Origin: Nymphaea colorata
Lineage: Eukaryota
Length of the DNA: 64,000 nucleotides
Direction: 5' to 3'
Assembly (NCBI RefSeq): GCF_008831285.2
Contig: NC_045138.2
Coordinates: 38,254,001 to 38,318,000, forward strand
Each line of letters starts with the position of its first letter. The stretch's first letter is position 1. The position numbers were made by a program, and so were the translations under genes. Shown here piece after piece: positions 40,101 through 53,800 of the stretch. The notes under the pieces were generated by a model. It was given only the letters and a program-made list of their open reading frames with translations, made no database searches and was not told the DNA's origin.

Positions 40101-41144
40101 TGCAAGTGTTTAGCGGCCCTACACTGTTTTGTGTGCGGCCATTGAGTTATTAAGCTTTCAAAAGAGAGCTGCTCATACTGTATGTCTTGAATTGCTTTGA
40201 TAGCCAAGTGCTCGAAGGTTATGTTGCACTCAAAAGAACTGTGTGGTTCTTAATTCTCTAATTTTAGAGTTTTTAGGTTGTTCAATGCTGACAAGTTATT
40301 TGTCGTTCATTATCTCTTTTGTCTTATTAATGTTACTCACTAATTGAAGAACATAATGGAAGGAAACTCGTTTTGTCCTCCTTCCTTTGTGAATTTTTTT
40401 CTCATTAAAAATGAATTGTCCATGATGCTTTACACTAACATTTTAGAGACTTTACAGTTTACAGGCCTTTAGTTTTTCAACTACATATTTTATTAAGTAA
40501 ATTGTGACCAAATCTAAGATGTGATTGACAAAATAATTGATGAATGTGAAATAAGAGGCATTGGGTCATTGTTCTTTGTCGATGTGCACGTTCTTTTGGT
40601 TCCTACTTTATCTGGAAATATGTTTCTTATATCAAACTCAGAAATATATTTTTGGAAATCTGGAAATGTCTTTCTTTTTCATCAAACACAGAAATATATT
40701 TCTGGAAATATATTTCTGAGTCATCACACACACACCAAAATTGGAATTGGAAAGATTTTTCTCATTCCATTTTTCTATTTCCTATATTTCCAGAAATATA
40801 TTTCCAGACCATCAAACAGAGGAGGCTGGATCCTCGACGGTGCGACGATGGAGGAGGATGCAGATTGCGTAGGTGGGTTGCTGCAATTCATCCTTCCAAA
40901 TTACGAGCAGCAGCTCCTATCCATCATCCTTCCGCTGGTAAGTTTCCTTCCTCCTCCCTCTCTCTTTCAGCTTTTCTGCGCTCTCATTAGGGCTTGAGAA
41001 AAATTTTGACCCACAAGACCAATGCAGGTCGATCGCTATGATCATTGCTTGGAAGGGAAGTGGGCATCTAAAAGGTCGAGAGACAGAGTAGCGAAGTGGA
41101 GAATAGTTCGATCTGCCTCGTCCCTCGCTCGTGGATCCATCGAT

Positions 41145-41389
41145 TCGGATTTCACTATTTAGTGATCAATCGATCGGTCCGTCTCCTTCGCTTTCGGTAA
41201 ACTCCTTTTGCGCTCCCGTACTGCAGTGTTCTTCTCTTCTCTGCGGTTCCCTCTTACAGTGCAAAAACGCTGAACTGGGCTCTTGGTCTGACTGTGCAGA
41301 TCACGTATTCGACGAGACTTGCACGAACTTGCGCGTTTATGAGCGTCACACGAAGGATGTCATCCAAGCGGCAGTCAAGGGATTCAATG
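41145..41389 (+). pseudogene. Fragment of a kinesin-7 (CENP-E-like, KIN7N-type) motor-domain gene
   Basis: End of one exon (...SVSFAF-G|GT at 41196) plus a complete 90-bp exon 41300-41389, giving DHVFDETCTNLRVYERHTKDVIQAAVKGFNG. This is the segment just before the kinesin P-loop exon (T-FAYGQTSSGKT), which is absent. Confidence 0.8.
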
Positions 41390-41592
41390 GTACCCCTTCA
41401 GATTAGTTTTTGTTCTTTTAGTATTTTGAAGGATTGGACGATTCTTAAGTAAATAGATGCCTTCATTGCTCTTATTCCATATCATATAGTTGTTTGTTAC
41501 CTGTACATCTACATCCTACTTTTGTAGGATAGTTTGCCTTTAAATTGTTTAATATACATGAAAAATTAATTTGCTGACATCCTCTGAGCCAG

Positions 41593-41873
41593 TATGTTGA
41601 CAAATAATTTGGAACTGGACTGCTAACGATAAGCCCTGTACATGATCATATTGATTATGTTCTTGCAAGAAAACTGGGCATCCCAATACTTAATGTCATT
41701 AACAAGGATGGAATTGAACTTACGGATGCCTGAGTCTCCTACTTTGTGATTTCAGTGGACTTGATCTGTTTAAAGCTTTCAACAAATTGTGGGCAGATTT
41801 CGAAGTGGCTGGTCTTGATGTGAAGAAGGAATCATCTACATCAAGAGTACCAAGATCACAGTGTGGTGGGGAG
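41593..41873 (+). pseudogene. Fragment of organellar (bacterial-type) valyl-tRNA synthetase gene, degenerate
   Basis: YVDK*FGTGLLTISPVHDHIDYVLARKLGIPILNVINKDG, then after a TTTCAG acceptor GLDLFKAFNKLWADFEVAGLDVKKESSTSRVPRSQCGGE|GT. This matches the ValRS FGTG..KI(S/T)P.HD.NDY and VPRS.RGGE motifs. In-frame stop, with the end of the first exon and much of the intron apparently deleted. Confidence 0.85.
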
Positions 41874-44800
41874 GTCAGGAAATTTTCCTCTATATATCAT
41901 AACATAATTGGTTTTTTGCAAAACAGTTTAATCAAATTAAATGGAGCACTTATATATAATAGGTCATAGTTCGTCGGTAAGCAGTGGTTTGTAGTCATGG
42001 GGCCTTAGTGCACTGGAAAAGGGGGATATATCTATCATTCCTGAGAGGTTTGAAAAGGTACACATGCTACATGAGTTTTTTTTTCCAAAGTGAAGTAATA
42101 TTCTATAATAGGTTGCTGAAGGTCCTTCACATTTATCCTGTATCTATTCTATGCTTTGTTTGGAGAACCATGTTGTCATTCATCTGACTGATGATCATCT
42201 TGGACTGCCTCCTTTTATTTGAAAATGTTTTGTGTAGTTGTAGCTTGTTTGTTGCTGATCTAGCAGTTATCTCTATTCCGTGCTTGAAAATACTGTTGAC
42301 TGTTGTAAAATTCTGTACTGCTTCTTATTGCCATCCATATGACAATATTTTTACATCCATAGCATCCATAGCTTCTGTTGTATAGGCAACTTATAACAGC
42401 TCTTCATAAATGGCTTTTTTAGTTTTCAAATATATTACTCAGCTGTAACGTTTGTTGCCTTTATGAATATCCTTCTATCATCAGCATTCATATTGATGTT
42501 CTTGTTTTGTATTTTAGATATTTCCTTTTCATTGAAGATAAGGCAGAACACGAGTAAGAAATCCTTGGGTAATGTTTGAATTACTATATGGAGATGCATA
42601 AAGAGTCTTTGAAACAAGATTTTGCCATAGGTAAAATGAACCAATATGGAAAAACTATAACCAATTATGTAAAAGAAGAGGGGGGACTGGGGAGTAATCC
42701 CCTGAGATGTGGGAACTACTCAAGGATCTTATGTGGCAATGTCCCCACAATCAAAATCCAAAATAGTAGTTGGTGCAATATTTTTATGATATGTTAACTC
42801 GTAAGCATAGACAAATGGTAGATGCAGCATCTGGGGGGTACATTCATGATGACAAGCAATGAAGAAGCATCAACTTTGTTTGAGACTTAATAACAATTGT
42901 ACACATCCTGCCTCATCATCTATGCAAGAGAGAGCGCCATGGATGTCTTTGGGAGCACTCAATGAGGAATATGTGAGGTATCATCATTCCGTTATTGGTG
43001 CAAAAGGATGGATAAAATTAGAGATTAGTTGGAGCAAATATTGACACTCATTCGAACAGTGAATGAGACATACTCATGCGGAAACTCAGTGTGAGACAAA
43101 ACTATTGACAATGAAAAAAACTAGGGTAGGAAAGATATAATGAACCCCGTACAACAACAAGAGGGGAAGCAGTTCCGTAAGACATGCGAACTGCATATGG
43201 ATATTGTTGAGGCAACGTCTCCACAATCAAGTTGAAAATGTCAATTACACGCTTTTAAAATAAATAGTGAATTGAAGATATAGCCGACGCATGGCCAACT
43301 AAATGCATCGGCATAATGATCCGTTTTAGGAGGTTATGTGTGAGACAAAAGCATTGACTCTGAAAAAACTGGGGTAGGAAATATGCGATGAACCCTATAC
43401 ATCAAAAGGGGAAGCAGTACCATGAGACATGGGAATTGCATATGGATCTTGATGAGGCTACGTCCCTACTATCAAGTTCAAAATGTCAATCAAATGCACT
43501 GCAAATAAATGGCTGACTGAAAAAATGGTCGATGCATGGCAAATTAGATGCATCAACATAAAGGTCAGTTTTAGAAGGTCATGTGTGAGACAAAAGTATT
43601 GATTATGAAAAACCTAGACTATGAAAGATGCGATGAACCCCGTACAACAAAAGGGGAAGCAGTCTCGTAAGACATGCGAACTGCATATGGATATTGATGA
43701 GGCAACGTCCCTACCATCAAGTTCAAAATGTCAATCACATGCATTTGAAATAAATGGCGGACTGAAGACATAGCCGATGCATGGCCAACTAGATGCATCG
43801 ACATAATGGTATGTTTTAGGATGTTATATGTGAGACAAAAGTATTGTCTATGAAAATACCATGGTAGGAAAGATACGATGAACCCCGTACAACAAGAGGG
43901 GAAGTAGTTTCGTAAGACATGCGAACTGCATATGAATATTGTTGAGGCAACGTCTCCACAATCAAGTTAAAAATGTCAATTACACACATTTGAAATAAAT
44001 GGTGAATTTGAAGATATAGCCAATGCATGGCCAACTAGATGCATCGACATAATGATACGTTTTAGGAGATTATGTGTGAGACAAAAGCATTGACTCTGAA
44101 AAAACTGGGGTAGGAAAGATGCGATGAACCTATACATCGAAAGGGGAAGCAGTACCATGAGAGATGGGAACTGCGTATGGATCTTGATGAGGCTACGTCC
44201 CTACTATCAAGTTCAAAATGTCAATCAAATGCACTGCAAATAAATGGCTGACTGAAGACATGGTCGATGCATGGCAAATTAGATGCATAAAGGTCAGTTT
44301 TAGAAGGTCATGTGTGAGACAAAAGTATTGACTATGAAAAACCTAGAGTATGAAAGATACGATGAACCCCGTACAACAAAAGGGGAAGCAGTCCCGTAAG
44401 GCATGCGAACTGCATATGGATATTGATGAAGTAACGTCCCTACCATCAAGTTCAAAATGTCAATCACATGCATTTTAAATAAATGGCGGACTGAAGACAT
44501 AACCGATGCATGGCCAACTAGCTGCATCAACATAATGGTATGTTTTAGGAGGTTATATGAGAGCCAAAAGTATTGTTTATGAAAATACAATGATAGGAAA
44601 GATACAATGAACCCCATACAACAAGTGGTGAAGCAGTTCCGTAAGACATGCGAACTGCATATGGATATTGTTGAGGCAACGTCTCGACAACCAAGTTAAA
44701 AATGTCAATTATATGCATTTGAAATAAATGGTGAATTGAAGATATAGCCGACGCATGGCCAACTAGATGCATCAGCATAATGATTCGTTTTAGGAGGTTA

Positions 44801-47800
44801 TGTGTGAGACAAAAGCATTGACTGTGAAAAAACTGGGGTACGAAAGATGCGATGAACCCTATACATCGAAAGGGGAAGCAGTACCATGAGACATGGGAAC
44901 TGCATATGGATCTTGATGAGGCTACGTCCCTACTATCAAGTTCAAAATATCAATAAGTTGCACTACAAATAAATGGCTGACTGAAGACATGGTCGATGCA
45001 TGGCAAATTAGATGCATCAGCATAATGGTCAGTCTTAGAAGGTCATGTGTGAGACAAAAGTATTGACTATGAAAAACTTAGAGTATGAAAGTTACGACGA
45101 ACCCCGTACAACAAAAGGGGAAGCAGTCCCGTAAGACATGCGAACTGCATATGGATATTGATGAGGCAACGTCCCTACCATCAAGTTCAAAATTTCAATT
45201 ATACGCATTTGAAATAAATGGTGAATTGAAGATATAGCCGACGCATGGCCAACTAGATGCATCAGCATAATGACTCGTTTTTGGAGGTTATGTGTGAGAC
45301 AAAAGCATTGACTCTGAAAAAACTGGGGTATGAAAGATGCGATGAACCCTATACATCGAAAGGGGAAGCAGTACCATGAGACATGGGAACTGCATATGGA
45401 TCTTGATGAGGCTACGTCCCTACTATCAAGTTCAAAATATCAATAAGTTGCACTACAAATAAATGGCTGACTGAAGACATGGTCGATGCATGGCAAATTA
45501 GATGCATCAACATAATGGTCAGTCTTAGAAGGTCATGTGTGTGACAAAAGTATTGACTATGAAAAACTTAGAGTATGAAAGTTACGACGAACCCCGTACA
45601 ACAAAAGGGGAAGCAGTCCCGTAAGACATGCGAACTGCATATGGATATTGACGAGGCAACGTCCCTACCATCAAGTTCAAAATGTCAATCACATGCATTT
45701 GAAATAAATGGCAAACTGAAGGCATAGCCGATGCATGGCCAACTAGATGCATCGACATAATGGTATGTTTTAGGATGTTATATGTAAGACAAAAGTATTG
45801 TCTATGAAAATGCCATGGTAGGAAAGATACGATGAACCCCGTACAACAAGAGGGGAAGCAGTTCCGTAAGACATGCGAACTGCATATGGATATTGTTGAG
45901 GCAACGTCTCCACAATCAAGTTAAAAATGTCAATTACGCGCATTTGAAATAAATGGTGAATTGAAGATATAGACGATGCATGGCCAACTAGATGCATCGA
46001 CATAATGATCCGTTTTAGGAGGTTATGTGTGAGAGAAAAGCATCGACTCTGAAAAAACTGGGGTAGGAAAGATGCGATGAACCCTATACATCGAAAGAGG
46101 AAGCAGTACCATGAGATATGGGAGCTGCATATGGATCTTGATGAGGCTACGTCCATACTATCAAGTTCATAATGTCAATCAAATGCACTGCAAATAAATG
46201 GCTTACTGAAGTCATGGTCGATGCATGGCTAATTAGATGCATCAGCATAATGGTCAGTTTTAGAAGGTCATGTGTGAGACAAAAGTATTGACTATGAAAA
46301 ACCTAGAGTGTGAAAGTTACGACAAACCCCGCACAACAAAAGGGGAAGCAGTCCCGTCAGACATGCGAACTACATATGGATATTGATGTGGCAACGTCCC
46401 TACCATCAAGTTCAAAATGTCAATCACATGCATTTGAAATAAATGGCGGACTGAAGACATAGCCGATGCGTGACCAACTAGATGCATCAACATAATGGTA
46501 TTTTAGGATGTTATATGTGAGACAAAAGTATTGTCTATGAAAATACTATGGTAGGAAAGATACGATGAACCCCGTACAACAACAGGGGAAGCAGTTTCGT
46601 AAGACACGCGAACTGCATATGGATATTGTTGAGGCAACGTCTCCACAATCAAGTTAAAAATGTCAATTACACGCTTTTGAAATAAATGGTGAATGAAGAT
46701 ATAGCCGATGCATGGCCAACTAGATGCATCGGCATAATGATCCGTTTTAGGAGGTTATGTATGAGACAAAAGCATTGACTCTGAAAAAACTGGGGTAGGA
46801 AAGATGCGATGAACCCCATATATCGAAAGGGGAAGCAGTATCATGAGACATGGGAACTGCATATGGATCTTGATGAGGCTACGTCCCTACTATCAAGTTC
46901 AAAATGTCAATCTAATGCACTGCAAATAAATGGCCGACTGAAGACATAGTCGATGCATGGCAAATTAGATGCATCAGCATAATGGTTAGTATTAGAAGGT
47001 CATGTGTGAGACAAAAGCATTGACTTTGAAAAAACTGGGGTACGAAAGATGCGATGAACCCTATACATCGAAAGGGGAGGCAGTACGATGAGACATGGGA
47101 ACTGCATATGGATATTGATGAGGCAACGTCCCTACCATCAAGTTGAAAATGTCAATCAGATGCATGGTCAACTAGATGATCGACATAATGGTATGTTTTA
47201 GGATGTTATATGTGAGACAAAAGTATTGTCTATGAAAATACTATGGTAGGAAAGATACGATGAAACCCGTACAACAAGAGGGGAAGCAGTTTCGTAAGAC
47301 ATGCGAACTGCAGATGGATATTGTTGAGGCAACGTCTCCACAATCAAGTTAAAAATGTCAATTACAGGCTTTTGAAATAAATAGTAAATTGAAGATATGG
47401 CCGATGCATGGCTAACTAGATGCATCGGCATAATGATCCGTTTTAGGAGGTTATGTTGTGAGACAAAAGCATTGACTCTGAAAAAACTGGGGTAGGAAAG
47501 ATGCGATGAACCCTGTACATCGAAAGGGGAAGAAGTCTCATGAGACATGGGAACTGCATATGGATCTTGATGAGGCTACGTCCCTACTATCAAGTTCAAA
47601 ATGTCAATCAAATGCACTGCAAATAAATGGCAGACTGAAGACGTGGTAGATGCATGGCAAATTAGATGCATCAGCATAATGGTCAGTTTTGGAGGGACAT
47701 GTGTGTAACAAAAGTATTGACTATGAAAAACCTAGATTGTGAAAGATACGATGAACCCCGTACAACAAAAGGGGAAGCAGTCCCGTAAGACATGCGAACT

Positions 47801-50800
47801 GCATATGGATATTGATAAGGCAACGTCCCTACCATCAAGTTCAAAATCTCAATCAAGTGAGACAAAAGTTTTAGGATGTTATATGTGAGACAAAAGTATT
47901 GTCTATGAAAATACCATGGTAGGAAAGATACGATGAACCCCGTACAACAAGAGGCGTAGCAGTTCCGTAAGACATGTGAACTGCATATGGATATTGATGA
48001 GGGAACGTCCATACCATCAAGTTCAAAATCTCAATCACATGCATTTGAAATAAATGGCGAACTGAAGACATAGCCGATGCATGGCCAACTAGATGCATCG
48101 ACATAATAGCAATGTTTTAGGATGTGTATGAAAGATACGATGAACCCCGTACAACAAGAGGGGAAGCAGTTCTGTAAGACATGCGAACTGCATATGGATA
48201 TTGTTGAGGCAACGTCTCCACAATCAAGTGAAAAATGTCAATTACACGCCTTTGAAATAAATGGTGAATTGAAGATATAGCCGATGCATGGCCAACTAGA
48301 TTCATCGGCATAATGATCCGTTTTAGGAGGTTATGTGTGAGACAAAAGCTTTGACTCTGAAAAAACTGGGGTAGGAAAGACGTGATGAACCCTATACATC
48401 GAAAGGGGAAGCAGTACCTTGAGACATGGGAACTTCTTATGGATCTTGATGAGGCAACGTCCCTACCATCAAGTTCAAAATGTCAATCACATGTATTTTA
48501 AATAAATGGCAGACTGAAGACATAGCCGATGCATGGCCAACTAGATGCATCGACATAATGGCATGTTTTAGGATGTTATATGTGAGACAAAAGTATTGTC
48601 TATAAAAATACCATGGTAGGAAAGATTCAATGAACCCCGTACAACAAGAGGGGAAACAGTTCCATAAGACATACGAATTGCATATTGATATTGTTGAGGC
48701 AACGTCTCCACAATCACGTTAAAAATGTCAATTACACGCCTTTGAAATAAATGGTGAATTGAAGATATAGCCGATGCATGGCCAACTAGATGCATCGGCA
48801 TAATGATCCGTTTTAGGAGGTTATGTATGAGACAAAAGCATTGACTCTGAAAAAACTGGGGTAGGAAAGATGTGATGAACCCTATACATCGAAAGGGGAA
48901 GCAGTACCTTGAGACATGGGAACTGCATATGGATCTTGATGAGGCAACGTCCCTACCATCAAGTTCAAAATGTCAATCACATGTATTTTAAATAAATGGT
49001 AGACTGAAGACATAGCCGATGCATGGCCAACTAGATGCATCGACATAATGGCATGTTTTAGGATGTTATATGTGAGACAAAAGTATTGTCTATGAAAATA
49101 CCATGGTAGGAAAGATACGATGAACCCCGTACAACAAGAGGGGTAGCAGTTCCGTAAGACATGTGAACTGCATATGGATATTGAAGAGGCAACGTCCATA
49201 CCATGAAGTTCAAAATCCCAATCACATGCATTTGAAATAAATGGCGAACTGAAGACATAGCCGATGCATGGCCAACTAGATGCATCGACATAATGGCAAT
49301 GTTTTAGGATGTGTATGAAAGATACGATGAACCCCGTACAACAAGAGGGGAAGCAGTTCTGTAAGACATGCGAACTGCATATGGATATTGTTGAGGCAAC
49401 GTCACCACAATCAAGTAAAAAATGTCAATTACACGCCTTTGAAATAAATGGTGAATTGATGACATAGCCGATGCATGGCCAACTAGATTCGTCGGCATAA
49501 TGATCCGTTTTAGGAGGTTATGTGTGAGACAAAATCATTGACTCTAAAAAAACTGGGGTAGGAAAGATGTGATGAACCCTATACATCGAAAGGGGAAGCA
49601 GTACCTTGAGACATGGGAACTGCATATGGATCTTGATGAGGCAACGTCCCTACCATCAAATTCAAAATGTCAATCACATGTATTTTAAATAAATGGCAGA
49701 AGACATAGCCGATGCATGGCCAACTAGATGCATCGACATAATGGCATGTTTTAGGATGTTATATGTGAGACAAAAGTATTGTCTATGAAAATACCATGGT
49801 AGGAAAGATACGATGAACCCCGTACAACAAGAGGGGAAACGGTTCCGTAAGACATACGAACTGCATATGGATATTGTTGAGGCAACGTCTCTACAATCAC
49901 GTTAAAAATGTCAATTACACGCCTTTGAAATAAATGGTGAATTGAAGATATAGCCGATGCATGGCCAACTAGATGCATCGGCATAATGATCCGTTTTAGG
50001 AGGTTATGTGTGAGACAAAAGCATTGACTCTGAAAAAACTGGGGTAGGAAAGATGTGATGAACCCTATACATCGAAAGGGGAAGCAGTACCTTGAGACAT
50101 GGGAACTGCATATGGATCTTGATGAGGCAACGTCCCTACCATCAAGTTTAAAATGTCAATCACATGTATTTTAAATAAATGGCAGACTGAAGACATAGCC
50201 GATGCATGGCCAACTAGATGCATCGACATAATGGCATGTTTTAGGATGTTATATGTGAGACAAAAGTATTGTCTATGAAAATACCATGGTAGGAAAGATA
50301 CGATGAACCCGGTACAACAAGAGGGGTAGCAGTTCCGTAAGACATGTGAACTGCATATGTATATTGATGAGGCAACGTCCATACCATCAAGTTCAAAATC
50401 TCAATCACATGCATTTGAAATAAATGGCGAACAGAAGACATAGCCGATGCATGGCCAACTAGATGCATCGACATAATAGCAATGTTTTTGGATGTTATAT
50501 GTGAGACAAAAGTATTGTCTATGAAAAATACTATGGTAGGAAAGATACGATGAACCTCGTACAACAAGAGGGGAAGCAGTTCTGTAAGACATGCGATCTG
50601 CATATGGATATTGTTGAGGCAACGTCTCCACAATCAAGTGAAAAATGTCAATTACACGCCTTTGAAATAAATGGTGAATTGAAGATATAGCCGATGCATG
50701 GCCAACTAGATTCATCGGCATAATGATCCGTTTTAGGAGGTTATGTGTGAGACAAAAGCATTGACTCTGAAAAAACTGGGGTAGGAAAGATGTGATGAAC

Positions 50801-53800
50801 CCTATACATCGAAAGGGGAAGCAGTACCTTGAGACATGGGAACTGCATATGGATCTTGATGAGGCAACGTCCCTACCATCAAGTTCAAAATGTCAATCAC
50901 AGGTATTTTAAATAAATGGCAGACTGAAGACATAGCCGATGCATGGCCAACTAGATGCATCGACATAATGGCATGTTTTAGGATGTTATATGTGAGACAA
51001 AAGTATTGTCTATGAAAATACCATGGTAGGAAAGATACGATGAACCCCGTACAACAAGAGGGGAAACAGTTCCGTAAGACATACGAACTGCATATGGATA
51101 TTGTTGAGGCAACGTCTCTACAATCATGTTAAAAATGTCAATTACACGCCTTTGAAATAAATGGTGAATTGAAGATATAGCCGATGCATGGCCAACTAGA
51201 TGCATCGGCATAATGATCCGTTTTAGGAGGTTATGTGTGAGACAAAAGCATTGACTCTGAAAAAACTGGGGTAGGAAAGATGTGATGAACCCTATACATC
51301 GAAAGGGGAAGCAGTACCTTGAGACATGGGAACTGCATATGGATCTTGATGAGGCAACGTCCCTACCATCAAGTTCAAAATGTCAATCACAGGTATTTTA
51401 AATAAATGGCAGACTGAAGACATAGCCGATGCATGGCCAACTAGATGCATCGACATAATGGCATGTTTTAGGATGTTATATGTGAGACAAAAGTATTGTC
51501 TATGAAAATACCATGGTAGGAAAGATACGATGAACCCCATACAACAAGAGGGGAAACAGTTCCGTAAGACATACGAACTGCATATGGATATTGATGAGGC
51601 AACGTCCATACCATCAAGTTCAAAATGTCAATTACACGCCTTTGAAATAAATGGCGAACTGAAGACATAGCCGATGCATGGCCAACTAGATGCATCGGCA
51701 TAATGATCCGTTTTAGGAGGTTATGTGTGAGACAAAAGCATTGACTCTGAAAAAACTGGGGTAGGAAAGATGTGATGAACCCTATACATCGAAAGGGGAA
51801 GCAGTACCTTGAGACATGGGAACTGCGTATGGATCTTGATGAGGCAACGTCCCTACCATCAAGTTTAAAATGTCAATCACATGTATTTTAAATAAATGGC
51901 AGACTGAAGACATAGCCGATGCATGGCCAACTAGATGCATCGACATAATGGCATGTTTTAGGATGTTATATGTGAGACAAAAGTATTGTCTATGAAAATA
52001 CCATGGTAGGAAAGATACGATGAACCCGGTACAACAAGAGGGGTAGCAGTTCCGTAAGACATGTGAACTGCATATGGATATTGATGAGGCAACGTCCATA
52101 CCATCAAGTTCAAAATCTCAATCACTTGCATTTGAAATAAATGGCGAACTGAAGACATAGCCGATGCATGGCCAACTAGATGCATCGACATAATAGCAAT
52201 GTTTTTGGATGTAATATGTGAGACAAAAGTATTGTCTATGAAAAATACTATGGTAGGAAAGATACGATGAACCTCGTACAACAAGAGGGGAAGCAGTTCT
52301 GTAAGACATGCGAACTGCATATGGATATTGTTGAGGCAACGTCTCCACAATCAAGTGAAAAATGTCAATTACACGCCTTTGAAATAAATGGTGAATTGAA
52401 GATATAGCCGATGCATGGCCAACTAGATTCATCGGCATAATGATCCGTTTTAGGAGGTTATGTGTCAGACAAAAGCATTGACTCTGAAAAAACTGGGGTA
52501 GGAAAGATGTGATGAACCCTATACATCGAAAGGGGAAGCAGTACCTTGAGACATGGGAACTGCATATGGATCTTGATGAGGCAACGTCCCTACCATCAAG
52601 TTCAAAATGTCAATCACAGGTATTTTAAATAAATGGCAGACTGAAGACATAGCCGATGCATGGCCAACTAGATGCATCGACATAATGGCATGTTTTAGGA
52701 TGTTATATGTGAGACAAAAGTATTGTCTATGAAAATACCATGGTAGGAATGATACGATGAACCCCGTACAACAAGAGGGGAAACAGTTCCGTAAGACATA
52801 CGAACTGCATATGGATATTGTTGAGGCAACGTCTCCACAATCACGTTAAAAATGTCAATTACACGCCTTTGAAATAAATGGTGAATTGAAGATATAGCCG
52901 ATGCATGGCCAACTAGATGCATCGGCATAATGATCCGTTTTAAGTGGTTATGTGTGAGACAAAAGCATTGACTCTGAAAAAACTGGAGTAGGAAAGATGT
53001 GATGAACCCTATACATCGAAAGGGAAAGCAGTACCATGAGACATGGGAACTGCATATGGATCTTGATGAGGCTACGTCCCTACTATCAAGTTCAAAATGT
53101 CAATCACATGTGTTTTAAATAAATGGCAGAGTGAAGACATAGCCGATGCATGGCCAACTAGATGCGTCGACATAATGGCATGTTTTAGGATGTTATATGT
53201 GAGACAAAAGTATTGTCTATGAAAATACCTTGGTAGGAAAGATACGATGAACCCCGTACAACAAGAGGGGTAGCAGTTCCGTAAGACATGTGAACTGCAT
53301 ATGGATATTGATGAGGCAACGTTCATGCCATCAAGTTCAAAATCCCAATCACATGCATTTGAAATAAATGGCAAACTGAAGACATAGCCGATGCATGGCC
53401 AACTAGATGCATCGACATAATAGCAATGTTTTAGGATGTGTATGAAAGATACGATGAACCCCGTACAACAAGAGGGGAAGCAGTTCTGTAAGACATGCGA
53501 ACTGCATATGGATATTGTTGAGGCAACGTCACCACAATCAAGTAAAAAATGTCAATTACACGCCTTTGAAATAAATGGTGAATTGATGATATAGCCGATG
53601 CATGGCCAACTAGATTCGTCGGCATAATGATCCGTTTTAGGAGGTTATGTGTGAGACAAAATCATTGACTCTGAAAAAACTGGGGTAGGAAAGATGTGAT
53701 GAACCCTATACATCGAAAGGGGAAGCAGTACCTTGAGACATGGGAACTGCATATGGATCTTGATGAGGCAACGTCCCTACCATCAAGTTCAAAATGTCAA

